A stretch of DNA of 36,134 bases from an uncultured bacterium (GTDB lineage: Bacteria > CSSED10-310 > CAZUFC01), in the NCBI GenBank assembly GCA_964619725.1, contig CAZUFC010000091.1, positions 1-36,134 on the forward strand, in the 5' to 3' direction. The notes below the pieces were generated by a model. It saw only the letters and a program-made list of their open reading frames with translations. It did no database searches and was not told where the DNA came from. Of the stretch, positions 1-10,538 are shown piece by piece; position 1 is the stretch's first letter, and each line of letters opens with the position of its first letter. Both the position numbers and the translations under genes were made by a program.

Positions 1-156
1 GGACCTTCATTTTTAATTGGTTTTACTTGGATCCACACACAGCGGAAAAAGCTCCGTGATCAAAATACACGGTTTTCTGAAAATCCTCTCCCTTGGCGAA
101 CACGGATAACAATCATGTGATCTGTTAAACCTTTTTCACGGGTAAAAGAAAAGAAG

Positions 157-606
157 ATGCCCAAAAACCGTATCCTCCAATTTGAGCAATCACGAAAAAA
201 AGATCACAATGAACTGTCCGATTATTGGGGTACCGAAACTGTTCTCATTGCTGAAGACGACGACCAGTTCAGAGACCTCACTTCTGAAATACTCAAAAGA
301 CAAGGCTATTCCCTCCTCGTAGCTTCCGACGGACAGGAAGCCCTGGACTTGCTCCAGAAACATGACGGAACCCTGCACCTGCTCCTCACCGACGTAATTA
401 TGCCCGAAATGAACGGCATTCAATTGAGCAAAAAAGTCGAAGAGCTTCATCCGCATGTTTAAACCATTTACATGTCAGGACATACCGACAACGTGATCGC
501 TCATCACGGCGTCCTGGATGAAGGCATTAATTTCATTCAAAAACCCTTTTCATTCAGCTCCTTGCAGAAAAAAATAAGAGAAGTTTTGGATAAGCATTTT
601 GCCTGA
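157..606 (+). pseudogene. Stand-alone response-regulator receiver (REC) domain with an in-frame TAA
   Basis: ORF 157-462 has ETVLIAEDD and LLLTDVIMP. After TAA (460-462) the same frame continues [30 protein letters not shown]... to TGA at 604-606, matching the C-terminal REC of the downstream kinase. Confidence 0.85.
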
Positions 607-692
607 CAGCGAAAAGCATTTGGAAGGCAACATTCACTGACTGTACAATTTCTGTTTTTTCCCCGAGGCTCCAACAGAAATAAAGAAAATAA

Positions 693-722
693 TTGACAAA
701 ACATCGCATTGTTAATTAAAAT
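693..722 (+). promoter_or_regulatory. Putative sigma70-type promoter for the hybrid kinase
   Basis: TTGACA (693-698), 18-bp spacer, TAAAAT (717-722), with an A-rich upstream tract. Confidence 0.45.
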
Positions 723-1056
723 GTATCAATACGGTCTCGATATCGGGTTTCTTCCGTTTATTTGAGCCGTTAGAAATATTTTTGTAGACAGGTGCATCGG
801 CAGATCCTGAGTGAATTCCCCCTCTTCTGTATAGAAATCATGAATATAAACAAGCAGATCGGTTTATCATCAACTGTTGATTTGTATGTCGGCTTCAGTT
901 TTTCCCTACAGAAGGCTCTGATTAAGCCCCTGTTCAAAAAGGCGGCTTTTTTATCTCTGCTCGGGAGGGAACGGAAACCGCAACGCCTTTCCGGCGATAA
1001 AATTTCCATCGGTAATTTAGTTAAGGGACAGGCGCTGACGAGGAAGAATAATGATT

Positions 1057-4000
1057 ATGAAAAAAAATAGGCGTTCAGGCAGTTTTGCGGGTGAGTCTGA
1101 GAACTTGGAACGGCGCATCCGGGAGTTAGAGGAAAGCTTTCGGACAGCTTTATTTCATGTAGATAACGGAATGATCGCTGCTGATATTGAGGGCAGTATT
1201 GTACAAATGAATCCGGCGGCTGAGGTTCTGACGGGGTGGAAGGAGTCTGAAGCGATTGGGCGGCCTGTCGAGGATGTTTGCCGGCTTAGAGACGAAAAAA
1301 ACGGCGATGTGGCTGAGGACCCGGTGAGGAGAGTATTACGGGAAGGGAGGGCTGTTGAATCGGATAATCATATTTTAATTGTTTCGCGCGACGGCAGGGA
1401 ACAGTTTACAGAATATAGAGGATTGCCTGTCAGGGATGAACAGGGAAACCCCCGGGGAGTCATAGCGTTTTTTCGGGATATCACCGAAAAGCGGGAAGCG
1501 CAGGTGCGTGAGGAACAACTGAACCGGATTCTTCAAGCCATCCGGAACATGAATCGACTTATCACGGATGAAAATGACCCGGAACGTTTAATAGAAAAAG
1601 CGTGTGAGCATTTAACGGAGAAGCTGGGATACTATCATGCCTGGATTGCCCTTTTGGATGAAGAGGGCGGGTCGGTTACAGCTTGCACCGGTTCAGGTTT
1701 CGACGGCGGCTTCATGGAAATGGAGAAACGCCTGAAAAAAAATGAGTGTCCCTCATGTATGAAAAGGATATTGGAGAAGGATGAGCTGTTGATTGTGAAG
1801 AATCCCCCGAAAGAGTGCCCTGATTGTCCTCTTGCGGATAAATATGGAGGAAGGGCGGGATTGTCGCACAGCATATCCCGTGATGAACGCATTTTCGGCG
1901 TTCTGACAGCATCGGTTCCCGCCGTTTACGCTGAAGATCATGAAAAGCTGTCTCTTTTCTGCGAATTAGCCGGTGATATGGGTTTTGCTCTGAGTAAGAT
2001 AGAAAAAACTGAAGCACTTGATGAAAACAGGGAAAAATACAGAATACTCTTTGACACTATGGTTCAGGGAGTGATTTACCAGGATGCGGAAGGAAAAATT
2101 GTTTCCGCGAATCCGGCTGCAGAAAAGATATTAGGGCTTTCACTGGAGGAGATGTTGGGGAGAAATTCGGAAGATAAGCGGTGGAAAAGCATACGTGAGG
2201 ACGGGAGCGAATTTCCCGGAGAATTGCATCCCTCGATGCAGGCTTTAAGAACCGGTGAATCTGTCGAAAATGAGGTTATGGGCGTTTTTAACTCCAAACT
2301 GGATGAATACCGCTGGATCAAAGTCAATGCCGTTCCGCTTTTTAAACCGGGACAGGATGTTCCCTACCAGGTTTATACGACCTTCGACGACTTCACTGAA
2401 CGCAAAAAAGCGGAAGATGCGCTCAAACTCAATGAAGAAAAGTTCCGCATGATAGCTGAATCAAGCGCTGAAGATATCTGGCAACTTGACCCGGAAGGAA
2501 ACGTGACTTACGCATCTCCTGCTGTAGAGAGTATTTTCGGTTATTCTGCCGAGGAAGCCATGAGAACCGCTTTCCAGGACTTTTTTCTGGAAGAAGATGG
2601 GGAGCGAGCGGAAAAGGCATTTAAGGATGCTCTGTCAGGAAAAGAATATCAGTTATTGGAATTTAAAGGAAAAAGAAAAAATGGCGAGGAAGTTCCGATT
2701 GAAGTGAGTGTTGTACCGATCATTCGAAACAGAGAGATAGTAGGAGTGCAGGGTATCGCCCGAAACATTACCCAGCGAAAACTGGCCGAAACGGCCCTGG
2801 AGGAGAGCGAGCGACGTTACGGCGAGTTATTCGAGACGAGCAGAGACGGTTTTGTTTTTGTCGATGCGGAAGGTCATTTTATTGATGCCAATGAGTCCTA
2901 CTGTGAGATGTTGGGTTATACGCTGGATGAACTGAAAGAAAAGAAAGATTTCTATGAAATAACGCCGGAAAGGTGGAGGAAATGGGAACAGAAGGAGATA
3001 TGGGAAAAACGGCTGATGAAAGAGGGCTATTCCGGCATTTACGAAAAGGAATACATTCGAAAGGACGGTACGGTTTTTCCTGTGGAGCTTCAGTCCTACG
3101 CATTTTTTGATGACGAAGGGAACCCGGAATACCTGTGGGGAATAGCGAGGGATATTACGGAAAGAAAGCAATCAGAGAAGGCCTTGCGGGAAAGTGAGGA
3201 AAGATTCAGGGCGCTTGTTGAATCTGCTCCCATGTCGATTTTGCTTTTACGTGACGGCAAATATATTTACGGTAATCCTGAAAGCGCCCGTTTATTGGGG
3301 TATGAAAGCGCAAACGACATCGTAGGCATGGATGCATTGAAAACCATTGCTCCGGAATTCCAGAATGATGTGCTGGAACGGATGAAGAGCATTGCAGAAG
3401 GTGAGGATAACGCCTCAATGGAGCTTCGTCTGGTAAGACCCGACGGTGGGATATTGTGGACCCTTTCCAGGTCAGTCTCGGTTCAAATGGACGGACAACC
3501 GACCGCGATTATTGTGGGACAGGATATTACGAAACTCAAACAGGCCGAAGAGGCGCACCGTGAAGCGATGCTGCGGCTGAAAGAGGTTGTGAGAGCGTCG
3601 AATGTGGGTCTGTGGGACTGGGACCTCACGACGAACAAGGTTCGATATTCGCCGGAATGGAAAAGTCAGATCGGTTATGAGGAACATGAAATTGGCGATG
3701 ATTTTGAGGAATGGCGCAAAAGGGTTCATCCAGACGATTTGGAAAACGCTTTAAAAGGTATTCAAACAGCCTTGGAAGAAAAGTATCCGGACCATGAAGT
3801 TGAATTCCGTTTTCGTCATAAAAACGGTTCCTATCGTTGGATATTGACTCAGGCATCAATCATGTACGATGAATCAGGGCGTCCCGTACGCATGCTGGGT
3901 TCGCATGTGGACATTACCGACAGAAAAAAAGCGGAAAGGGCATTACGCGAGAGCCAGGCGAACCTGAAGGCTTTAATCGAAAATACCGACGGCTGGATAT

Positions 4001-6225
4001 GGTCTGTTGACCGGAATTATCGGTTGATAGTGGGCAATTCGATATTTCATAATAACATTGAATCTGTGCGAGGCCGATCATTCGCTCCCCGCGATGATGT
4101 GCTGCCGGATGATTTCCGGGAGATACGGGAAAAGTGGCGGAGTTATTACAACAGGGCGCTCAGCGGCGAGAATTTCAACATTGAAAATAAAAGACGATAC
4201 ATCGATTCAACCCGCTACATGGAATATCGTTTCAGTCCGATTCGTTCCTCTGAGGGCGTCATAACCGGCGTGACCGTATTCGGCCGGGATATTACCGAAC
4301 GTAAAATAGCTGAAGAAAAACTGAAGGAAAGCGAGAGCCGATACAGGGAGCTGATAGATACGATACCCTACGGAGTGGAGGAAGTTGATCTGGACGGACG
4401 CATGATATTTCTTAACGATTCCTACCATAAAATTCTCGGATACGGACCGGACGAACTTATCGGCAAATATATATGGGATAACGATCCGACGCCGGAAGAT
4501 GTCGGCAGACTGAAAGAATACTTTGAATATTTAAAAAGAGAACAACCGGCTCCAGAACCTTACATTTCAAAAAACGTGAGAAAAGACGGAAAAATTATTG
4601 AAGTGCACGTGGACTGGAATTACAAGAGAGATCAGGACGGCAATCTTAAAGGCTTTATAAGCGTCGTAACCGAAATTACGGAAAGAAAACGTGCGGAGGA
4701 AGCTCTGAAGGAGAGCGAAAAGCAGAAAAAATTGATATTGAATTCTACCGCTGAAATGGTGGCATATTATGATACTGAGTTGACGGTGATCTGGGCCAAC
4801 CGTGCGGCCGGCGAATCTGTGGGAAAAACCCCGCAAGAACTGGTGGGTCGTCACTGTTACGAAATATGGAATGTCCGCAACGAACCATGTCCGGGATGCC
4901 CTGTCATAAAAGCGCGTGACGAAAAAATTCCCGTTCGATGCGAGATGGAAACCCCCGATGGGCGATATTGGTCGTTGCGAGGTTATCCAGTTTTGGATGA
5001 TAAAAACGAGGTCATAGCCTTGGTCGAGTTCGGGCAGGACATAACGGAGCAAAAGAAACACCGGGAAGAAAAAGCACGGTTGGAAGAGCAGTTCCATCAG
5101 GCCCAGAAGCTGGAATCCGTCGGAAGACTGGCGGGCGGAGTAGCGCACGATTTGAACAACCTGCTCTCTCCTATACTGGGATACAGCGAAATACTGCTTA
5201 TGGATGCCAAGAATTATATTGAACTGAAAGAACCCCTGGAAGCGATCATAAATGCAAGCATGCGCGCCCGGGACATGGTGAAAAGGCTTCTGGCTTTCAG
5301 CCGTAAACAGACGCTGGATTTTAAACAGGTCGATATGAACCGGCTTTTGAAAAATTTTGAAAAACTATTGAGGCGCACCATACGGGAAGATATCACTATT
5401 CACGTTAAATTGGCTCCGGCTCTGCCCTCGGTCAAAGGCGATGCCGGACAACTGGAGCAGGTCGTCATGAATCTGGCCGTCAACGCCCAGGATGCCATGC
5501 CTTCCGGCGGCGATCTGACGCTGGAAACCGCTCACGTCCTCCTGGACAACAAAGAGCCCGGAGAACAGGGGCCGGAGCCGGGCGAATTTATTATGCTGGC
5601 TGTCAGCGACACCGGTTGCGGCATTGACGATGAGATCAGAGAACACCTGTTCGAGCCTTTTTTCACGACAAAAGATAAGGATAAAGGTACCGGCTTGGGG
5701 CTGGCGACGGTTTATGGAATAGTCAAACAACACGGAGGCGACATCGTGGCTCACAGTGAACCCGGCAAAGGCGCTGTTTTCAAAGTTTATCTTCCCGTTT
5801 CTTCGGAAATCCTTGATGCCCGCACAGGCGGGACAAAAAGGCCGTCCGACCTGAAAGGGACAGAAACCGTCCTGCTCACAGAAGACGACGAGAATGTGAG
5901 AAAACTCGCCATGAAACTTCTAAAAAGACAGGGATACAAGGTGATAGCTGCGTCAGGCGGAAAAGAAGCCCTGGAAAAATTGAAAGATTGCCAGGATGAA
6001 GTGCACCTCCTTCTGACGGACGTGATTATGCCCGAAATGAACGGAAAAGAACTGTACGAAAAAATAAAAGAAAAACACCCTAATATGAAAGTCCTCTACA
6101 TGTCAGGATACACCAACGACGTCATTGCACACTGCGGCGTCCTGGACGAAGGCATTCACTTCATTCAAAAACCCTTCTCCATCAAAACTCTGGCCGCTAA
6201 AATACGGGAAACTCTGGATGAGTGA
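1057..6225 (+). CDS. Multi-PAS/GAF hybrid sensor histidine kinase with C-terminal receiver
   Basis: Nine PAS/PAC units ending in DITE-like motifs, one GAF, H-box GVAHDLNNLL, N-box NLAVNAQDAM, DTGCG, FEPFFTTK, GTGLGL and REC (EDD...LLLTDVIMP...KPF). Start is 1051 or 1057. Confidence 0.95.
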   Translation: MKKNRRSGSFAGESENLERRIRELEESFRTALFHVDNGMIAADIEGSIVQMNPAAEVLTGWKESEAIGRPVEDVCRLRDEKNGDVAEDPVRRVLREGRAVESDNHILIVSRDGREQFTEYRGLPVRDEQGNPRGVIAFFRDITEKREAQVREEQLNRILQAIRNMNRLITDENDPERLIEKACEHLTEKLGYYHAWIALLDEEGGSVTACTGSGFDGGFMEMEKRLKKNECPSCMKRILEKDELLIVKNPPKECPDCPLADKYGGRAGLSHSISRDERIFGVLTASVPAVYAEDHEKLSLFCELAGDMGFALSKIEKTEALDENREKYRILFDTMVQGVIYQDAEGKIVSANPAAEKILGLSLEEMLGRNSEDKRWKSIREDGSEFPGELHPSMQALRTGESVENEVMGVFNSKLDEYRWIKVNAVPLFKPGQDVPYQVYTTFDDFTERKKAEDALKLNEEKFRMIAESSAEDIWQLDPEGNVTYASPAVESIFGYSAEEAMRTAFQDFFLEEDGERAEKAFKDALSGKEYQLLEFKGKRKNGEEVPIEVSVVPIIRNREIVGVQGIARNITQRKLAETALEESERRYGELFETSRDGFVFVDAEGHFIDANESYCEMLGYTLDELKEKKDFYEITPERWRKWEQKEIWEKRLMKEGYSGIYEKEYIRKDGTVFPVELQSYAFFDDEGNPEYLWGIARDITERKQSEKALRESEERFRALVESAPMSILLLRDGKYIYGNPESARLLGYESANDIVGMDALKTIAPEFQNDVLERMKSIAEGEDNASMELRLVRPDGGILWTLSRSVSVQMDGQPTAIIVGQDITKLKQAEEAHREAMLRLKEVVRASNVGLWDWDLTTNKVRYSPEWKSQIGYEEHEIGDDFEEWRKRVHPDDLENALKGIQTALEEKYPDHEVEFRFRHKNGSYRWILTQASIMYDESGRPVRMLGSHVDITDRKKAERALRESQANLKALIENTDGWIWSVDRNYRLIVGNSIFHNNIESVRGRSFAPRDDVLPDDFREIREKWRSYYNRALSGENFNIENKRRYIDSTRYMEYRFSPIRSSEGVITGVTVFGRDITERKIAEEKLKESESRYRELIDTIPYGVEEVDLDGRMIFLNDSYHKILGYGPDELIGKYIWDNDPTPEDVGRLKEYFEYLKREQPAPEPYISKNVRKDGKIIEVHVDWNYKRDQDGNLKGFISVVTEITERKRAEEALKESEKQKKLILNSTAEMVAYYDTELTVIWANRAAGESVGKTPQELVGRHCYEIWNVRNEPCPGCPVIKARDEKIPVRCEMETPDGRYWSLRGYPVLDDKNEVIALVEFGQDITEQKKHREEKARLEEQFHQAQKLESVGRLAGGVAHDLNNLLSPILGYSEILLMDAKNYIELKEPLEAIINASMRARDMVKRLLAFSRKQTLDFKQVDMNRLLKNFEKLLRRTIREDITIHVKLAPALPSVKGDAGQLEQVVMNLAVNAQDAMPSGGDLTLETAHVLLDNKEPGEQGPEPGEFIMLAVSDTGCGIDDEIREHLFEPFFTTKDKDKGTGLGLATVYGIVKQHGGDIVAHSEPGKGAVFKVYLPVSSEILDARTGGTKRPSDLKGTETVLLTEDDENVRKLAMKLLKRQGYKVIAASGGKEALEKLKDCQDEVHLLLTDVIMPEMNGKELYEKIKEKHPNMKVLYMSGYTNDVIAHCGVLDEGIHFIQKPFSIKTLAAKIRETLDE

Positions 6226-6455
6226 GGATATGGACGACGGGTAAATTTCTCGGAACGGACCTGGCGAATGAGCTGCAGCCGATTTTATATATTTTTTTGG
6301 TTTATGAGAAATGAAAGAGACGGGAATTTTTCGTTCCGGACAATATAGCGACCTGTCGGAATGAGAGCAGAACGGCATTGGTTCATTAAGACAATACAAC
6401 ACAGGAGGACATAGCTCAAGCAGCTTTGACGCCCCTGTTGAAAAGCGAGCATAAT

Positions 6456-7490
6456 ATGAAATTTTCGCTTGAAATTCTACGCTTATATTGGATAGCAGGT
6501 TTTATCGTCTATGTCTGCCTGGTTTCAATTACCGCATTTTTATTCAGAAGAGTATTCCTACAACCGACGAAGTTAAGGTCTTGCATAATACGCGTCGCAC
6601 TTTCAATCTTTACGTCGCTTGCTGTTTTTTTTCTATTCGAATTCGTCTTTTCATTTTTGATAGCGCAATCGGACGGTTTCGGGCATACGCTTGCCTCACG
6701 ATTATGGTTTAAAAAATATTGGAAACCGATTAATTCATTCGGATACCGTGATACTGATAAGAAAGATTTTAGAGGCAGATCGGTATTGTTTGTAGTCGGC
6801 GATTCATTTGTTGCGGGACACGGCGTCAAACAAATAGAACATCGCTTCTCAGAGAAACTTGCAGAAATGCTTGGAGATGCCTGGGAATATGTGGTAATCG
6901 CACGCAACGGGTGGCAAACGGCACAGCAGTTGAAGGCTGCCGGCGATTATCCGGTCAATCCTGATGCCGTCATTCTTTCCTATTTTATCAATGATATTCA
7001 AGGTGCGGCAGAAAAGTCCGGCCTTTCCATACCCCTTTATTTTCCTCAACCTTCTTCGTCCATAAAAAAAATAATCGAACATTCCTTTTTTCTAAACTGG
7101 ATATATTGGAGAGTCGTTCGGGGCTCCATGGGTTCAGATTACTGGAACTACCTCAAAAATTGTTACTCAAACCGGGAGGTCTGGTACGCTCACACTGAGG
7201 AACTTAGCGGTTTCATTCAATATGCAGAAAAAAGGGGATCGGACTTATGCGTCGTGGTATGGCCCAATTTTTTTAAGATTAAAGAATCGCTGGAATTTAC
7301 CAATCGCGTGGCGACTTTTTTCAGAAGTAAAGGAATCCCCGTCGTCGATCTGGCTGATTATTTCAAAAACCGTTCAGCTTCTGAACTAATAGTTAACCAC
7401 ATGGACGATCATCCGAATCCGGAAACTCATCAGAAAGCTGCAACTCTGATTTATGAAAAACTCATCAAAATGGGAGTCGCAGAGCCATGA
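6456..7490 (+). CDS. Membrane-anchored SGNH/GDSL-family hydrolase or O-acyltransferase
   Basis: Two N-terminal hydrophobic helices, NSFGYRD, block I VVGDSF, YFIND and C-terminal DDHPN (DxH). ATG 6456 preferred over TTG 6426. Confidence 0.8.
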   Translation: MKFSLEILRLYWIAGFIVYVCLVSITAFLFRRVFLQPTKLRSCIIRVALSIFTSLAVFFLFEFVFSFLIAQSDGFGHTLASRLWFKKYWKPINSFGYRDTDKKDFRGRSVLFVVGDSFVAGHGVKQIEHRFSEKLAEMLGDAWEYVVIARNGWQTAQQLKAAGDYPVNPDAVILSYFINDIQGAAEKSGLSIPLYFPQPSSSIKKIIEHSFFLNWIYWRVVRGSMGSDYWNYLKNCYSNREVWYAHTEELSGFIQYAEKRGSDLCVVVWPNFFKIKESLEFTNRVATFFRSKGIPVVDLADYFKNRSASELIVNHMDDHPNPETHQKAATLIYEKLIKMGVAEP

Positions 7491-7790
7491 TACTTCCGAC
7501 AGTGATTTTATAGGAAAATTCGAGTGAAGATCAAAATACCCGTGTTTATAAAAACAACCTGCCGGCCATTCTTTGGGTTGTCATCCGGTATTTTTCCAGC
7601 TTGATGCCTTCTTTTACTATAATTTTACACATCCTGACACTGACTGACAAAAAATTGTGAAATATGAAAGTATTTGAGCATGAGCGTTGCGGAAAAGGTG
7701 ATGCCTATGTCGAAAAGGTTTGCAACGCCGGTCGATGGATCGTCATAAATTCCGGGCTCTGTATCGCAACCGAGCTCGGTTTGTCCTGCG

Positions 7791-9305
7791 TTAAATCCTG
7801 AGTAAAGGCATCATTTTCCTTGCTTTCTTCTCCTTATCTTTGAAAAAGCGGGACAGAACCCGGATGCGCAGCGTTCTCGTCAGGGATGTGTAAAACTTTC
7901 TGATTGTTGCGAAGTAACCGAAATAAAATAAATAAAAAGAGACTCGAACTATGCCGGCTTTTCTCTTTTCCAGCCAGAAGTTCACCAGTCGCTTCCGCGC
8001 GTATGGCGTCGTTCTCAGCAACCGGTTCAAGTATGTTTTGGAATAGCGGCAGTTTTCTCCTTTTCTCAGCAATTCGGGTTGTTCCGTTTTTATTCCACCG
8101 GATTCGGCCTGCATCGTCAGCCGTGTTCCCGGATAAAAAACCAGCGGGAAGATATCAAGCTCGAAATTTTTGGGCAGCCGGTTGAAAGCTTCAACAGTTT
8201 CGACGAATTCATCCTCGGTTTCAAAAGGATTATCCACGATGACATCGAAATACTTATTCATTTCCGGAGCGCTGGTGTTCAAAATGCTTATGCTTCTTTG
8301 AATGAGCGCCGCGCCTGTTTTCCTGTTGAAAATATCGTTGCATATCCGTTCGTTGAAACTCTGTATTCCCATAGCTGTCGCTGCCAGACCCGCCTCTTTC
8401 AGCATGCGTACATTTTGGCTTGTTACATATTTGGGATGAATTTCGCAAATAAACGGCAGGCGGATATTCTTTTTGTATTTTTCACTGAATTCTTCCAGCC
8501 ATTCCTGCGGAGCGGACAAAAACAGATCGTCGGCTATAAAGAATCCCAAAAGTTCAGGAAAATTTTGCAGAACCTGCTGCATTTCAGCAATGACTTTATC
8601 CGGTTTCATGCGCCTTACATAAGGTCCTGAACTCAAATCCTTCAGAGATGAATTGACGCAGAAACTGCATTCCTCAGGGCAGCCTCGACTGGTTGAAATG
8701 AGATGAATATATGAACTGTGCGGAGGATACCTCTTCATCAACTGATGAGAGAGGGTTTTTATTTTGCCCTTATGAATTACGGCGTGACGGTCTATGCGAT
8801 AATCGGGAAAGGGCAGGCTGTTCAGATCGAAAACGGGGGATTCGGGTTCATTTCTGATCCATTGTTTTTTTGAATCCCAAGCCCAAATTCCCGGTATGTC
8901 AGAAGTCTTGTCTCCCTTTGCCAGGCGTTCAATGAACCTCAAAAAAGGTTTTTCGCCTTCTCCTATGCAGACATAATCGACAAGTTCCGGTGTTTTTTGC
9001 GGTTCGAGGGTGGGATTAAGGCCGCCCCAGACCAGCGGATTCCCGTTTTTTTTCTTTAATGCCTCTGATATTCGTCGCGCTTTCATATCATCGCAAAACA
9101 TTGAACTGACGCCTGTAATGTCCGGATTCAATTCTTCGACATAGGCCAAAAGAGAGTCGATTTCCGCGTTGCTGAGATGTTTGCGATTATCTGAAGGGAT
9201 AAAGCATAGAAACGTTTCATGACCATGCTCGGTCAGAAGGGCGGAGAGGTATCTGATACCGAAAAGCGAGAGATATTTTCCGAATCCTATGAGCAAAATT
9301 TTCAT
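7791..9305 (-). CDS. B12-binding-domain radical SAM protein
   Basis: N-terminal cobalamin-binding fold (GIRYLSALL...VWGGLNPT...IGEGE) and SRGCPEECSFC (CX3CX2C), ADD, GIQS. Confidence 0.92.
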   Translation of the reverse strand: MKILLIGFGKYLSLFGIRYLSALLTEHGHETFLCFIPSDNRKHLSNAEIDSLLAYVEELNPDITGVSSMFCDDMKARRISEALKKKNGNPLVWGGLNPTLEPQKTPELVDYVCIGEGEKPFLRFIERLAKGDKTSDIPGIWAWDSKKQWIRNEPESPVFDLNSLPFPDYRIDRHAVIHKGKIKTLSHQLMKRYPPHSSYIHLISTSRGCPEECSFCVNSSLKDLSSGPYVRRMKPDKVIAEMQQVLQNFPELLGFFIADDLFLSAPQEWLEEFSEKYKKNIRLPFICEIHPKYVTSQNVRMLKEAGLAATAMGIQSFNERICNDIFNRKTGAALIQRSISILNTSAPEMNKYFDVIVDNPFETEDEFVETVEAFNRLPKNFELDIFPLVFYPGTRLTMQAESGGIKTEQPELLRKGENCRYSKTYLNRLLRTTPYARKRLVNFWLEKRKAGIVRVSFYLFYFGYFATIRKFYTSLTRTLRIRVLSRFFKDKEKKARKMMPLLRI

Positions 9306-9391
9306 TTTATTGTTCCGACTTTAGAAATGGTTGTTTTCCGCAGAAAAACCAGTGAAAAAAATTGACCCACATCAGGATGAATATTTCTGCA

Positions 9392-10492
9392 TCACCAGCC
9401 GTCGCAATCGCCTATCATGGAATACCAGTTGTTTGGGTTTTTCAGCATGGACAGATTAATGTTTTGATTCCAGGTTCGCACGACCAGGAAGACTTCATCT
9501 GCTTTGGGACGCCTTAAGAACCCCAGGAGCATCAACAGTCGGGCGATCCAGTCATTGCCTAAATAATAGGTGATTATTTTACTGACCCGCCGTTCTTTCG
9601 TGAAATCGCGGACGACTCTTATCAGCAAATAGGCTAGATACATTTTGTATTCGGGATCGGCGACGTCAAGAATCCAGTCCATTATGCAGCAGACCCTTTC
9701 CAAACCGGTTTCGATCAGTCGAGCGACAATCCAGCAGCACGGTCTTCCCTGCTTATTTTTCAATTCGTAAATCCTATATTTGAACAGGGGATGCACAACG
9801 TAACGCCATTGAAGATATTCTCTGTCCCGGACGATGGCCAGACGCCTGTCCGCCGTAAATTTCCGGGCAATTTCATCCGCTTCAGGCGGAAAATTTTCGA
9901 CCTCCTCAATAGAGCAGGATTCCATTCTGTAGGCTGAATGGTTAATCATTTCAACTGTTTTCTGGTAGAGTGCAAAAAGCGGACGACTGAGAAATCTTAA
10001 AGACGCAGACGAAAACTTTTCTGAATGCTGAAAGACGGCTCCGGCATCCAGGGGTTTAACATATTTTTTTAGTATTCCGACGTCTTCGTAATGAAGAATT
10101 TTACGTCCGTAGGCCGCTGCTGATCTGTTGGGAAAGCCGAACGCGACGGGGAGGTTCGATTTTTCGAAATCCTTGAAGCAGGCCTTCGCCAGCGCACCGA
10201 AGAGTCTGTTTTTACTGAGGCTTTTCCGGTATTCCGGCGCTACCAGCGAATCCACTACCTGACAACATGTCATGATATGATCGCCGATTTTCAACTTCAC
10301 CGGCAAGGCGGCATATTGGCCAACGATTTCATCATTAAGGACGGCTACCTTAGCGCTGACAGGTCCAGCAGGATTTTTTTCGGTTTTCCATTTCCAGTAT
10401 TCCCTATCTATTTTCCTGTCGAAAACACGGTTATAGAGCCGGATCAATTTTTCCGCATCCGTTGTTTGATAACTTCTGATCAGAGGCTTCAT
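9392..10492 (-). CDS. GNAT-family acyltransferase (long, tandem-GNAT type)
   Basis: IRSY...YWKWK...NPAG, IVGQYA, DSLVAPEYRK, AFGFPN, RDREYLQWRY and C-terminal GDCD. Start taken at ATG 10492; the track start 10552 overlaps the upstream gene. Confidence 0.8.
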   Translation of the reverse strand: MKPLIRSYQTTDAEKLIRLYNRVFDRKIDREYWKWKTEKNPAGPVSAKVAVLNDEIVGQYAALPVKLKIGDHIMTCCQVVDSLVAPEYRKSLSKNRLFGALAKACFKDFEKSNLPVAFGFPNRSAAAYGRKILHYEDVGILKKYVKPLDAGAVFQHSEKFSSASLRFLSRPLFALYQKTVEMINHSAYRMESCSIEEVENFPPEADEIARKFTADRRLAIVRDREYLQWRYVVHPLFKYRIYELKNKQGRPCCWIVARLIETGLERVCCIMDWILDVADPEYKMYLAYLLIRVVRDFTKERRVSKIITYYLGNDWIARLLMLLGFLRRPKADEVFLVVRTWNQNINLSMLKNPNNWYSMIGDCDGW

Positions 10493-10538
10493 AGTTATTG
10501 AATTTCCAGTTTTATGAAAGGAGAGCGGGTCACGGTTA

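Noticed and set aside
792-1070. 92-aa ORF upstream of the kinase
   Set aside because: No RBS or recognisable motif; spans hairpins and T-tracts typical of non-coding DNA.
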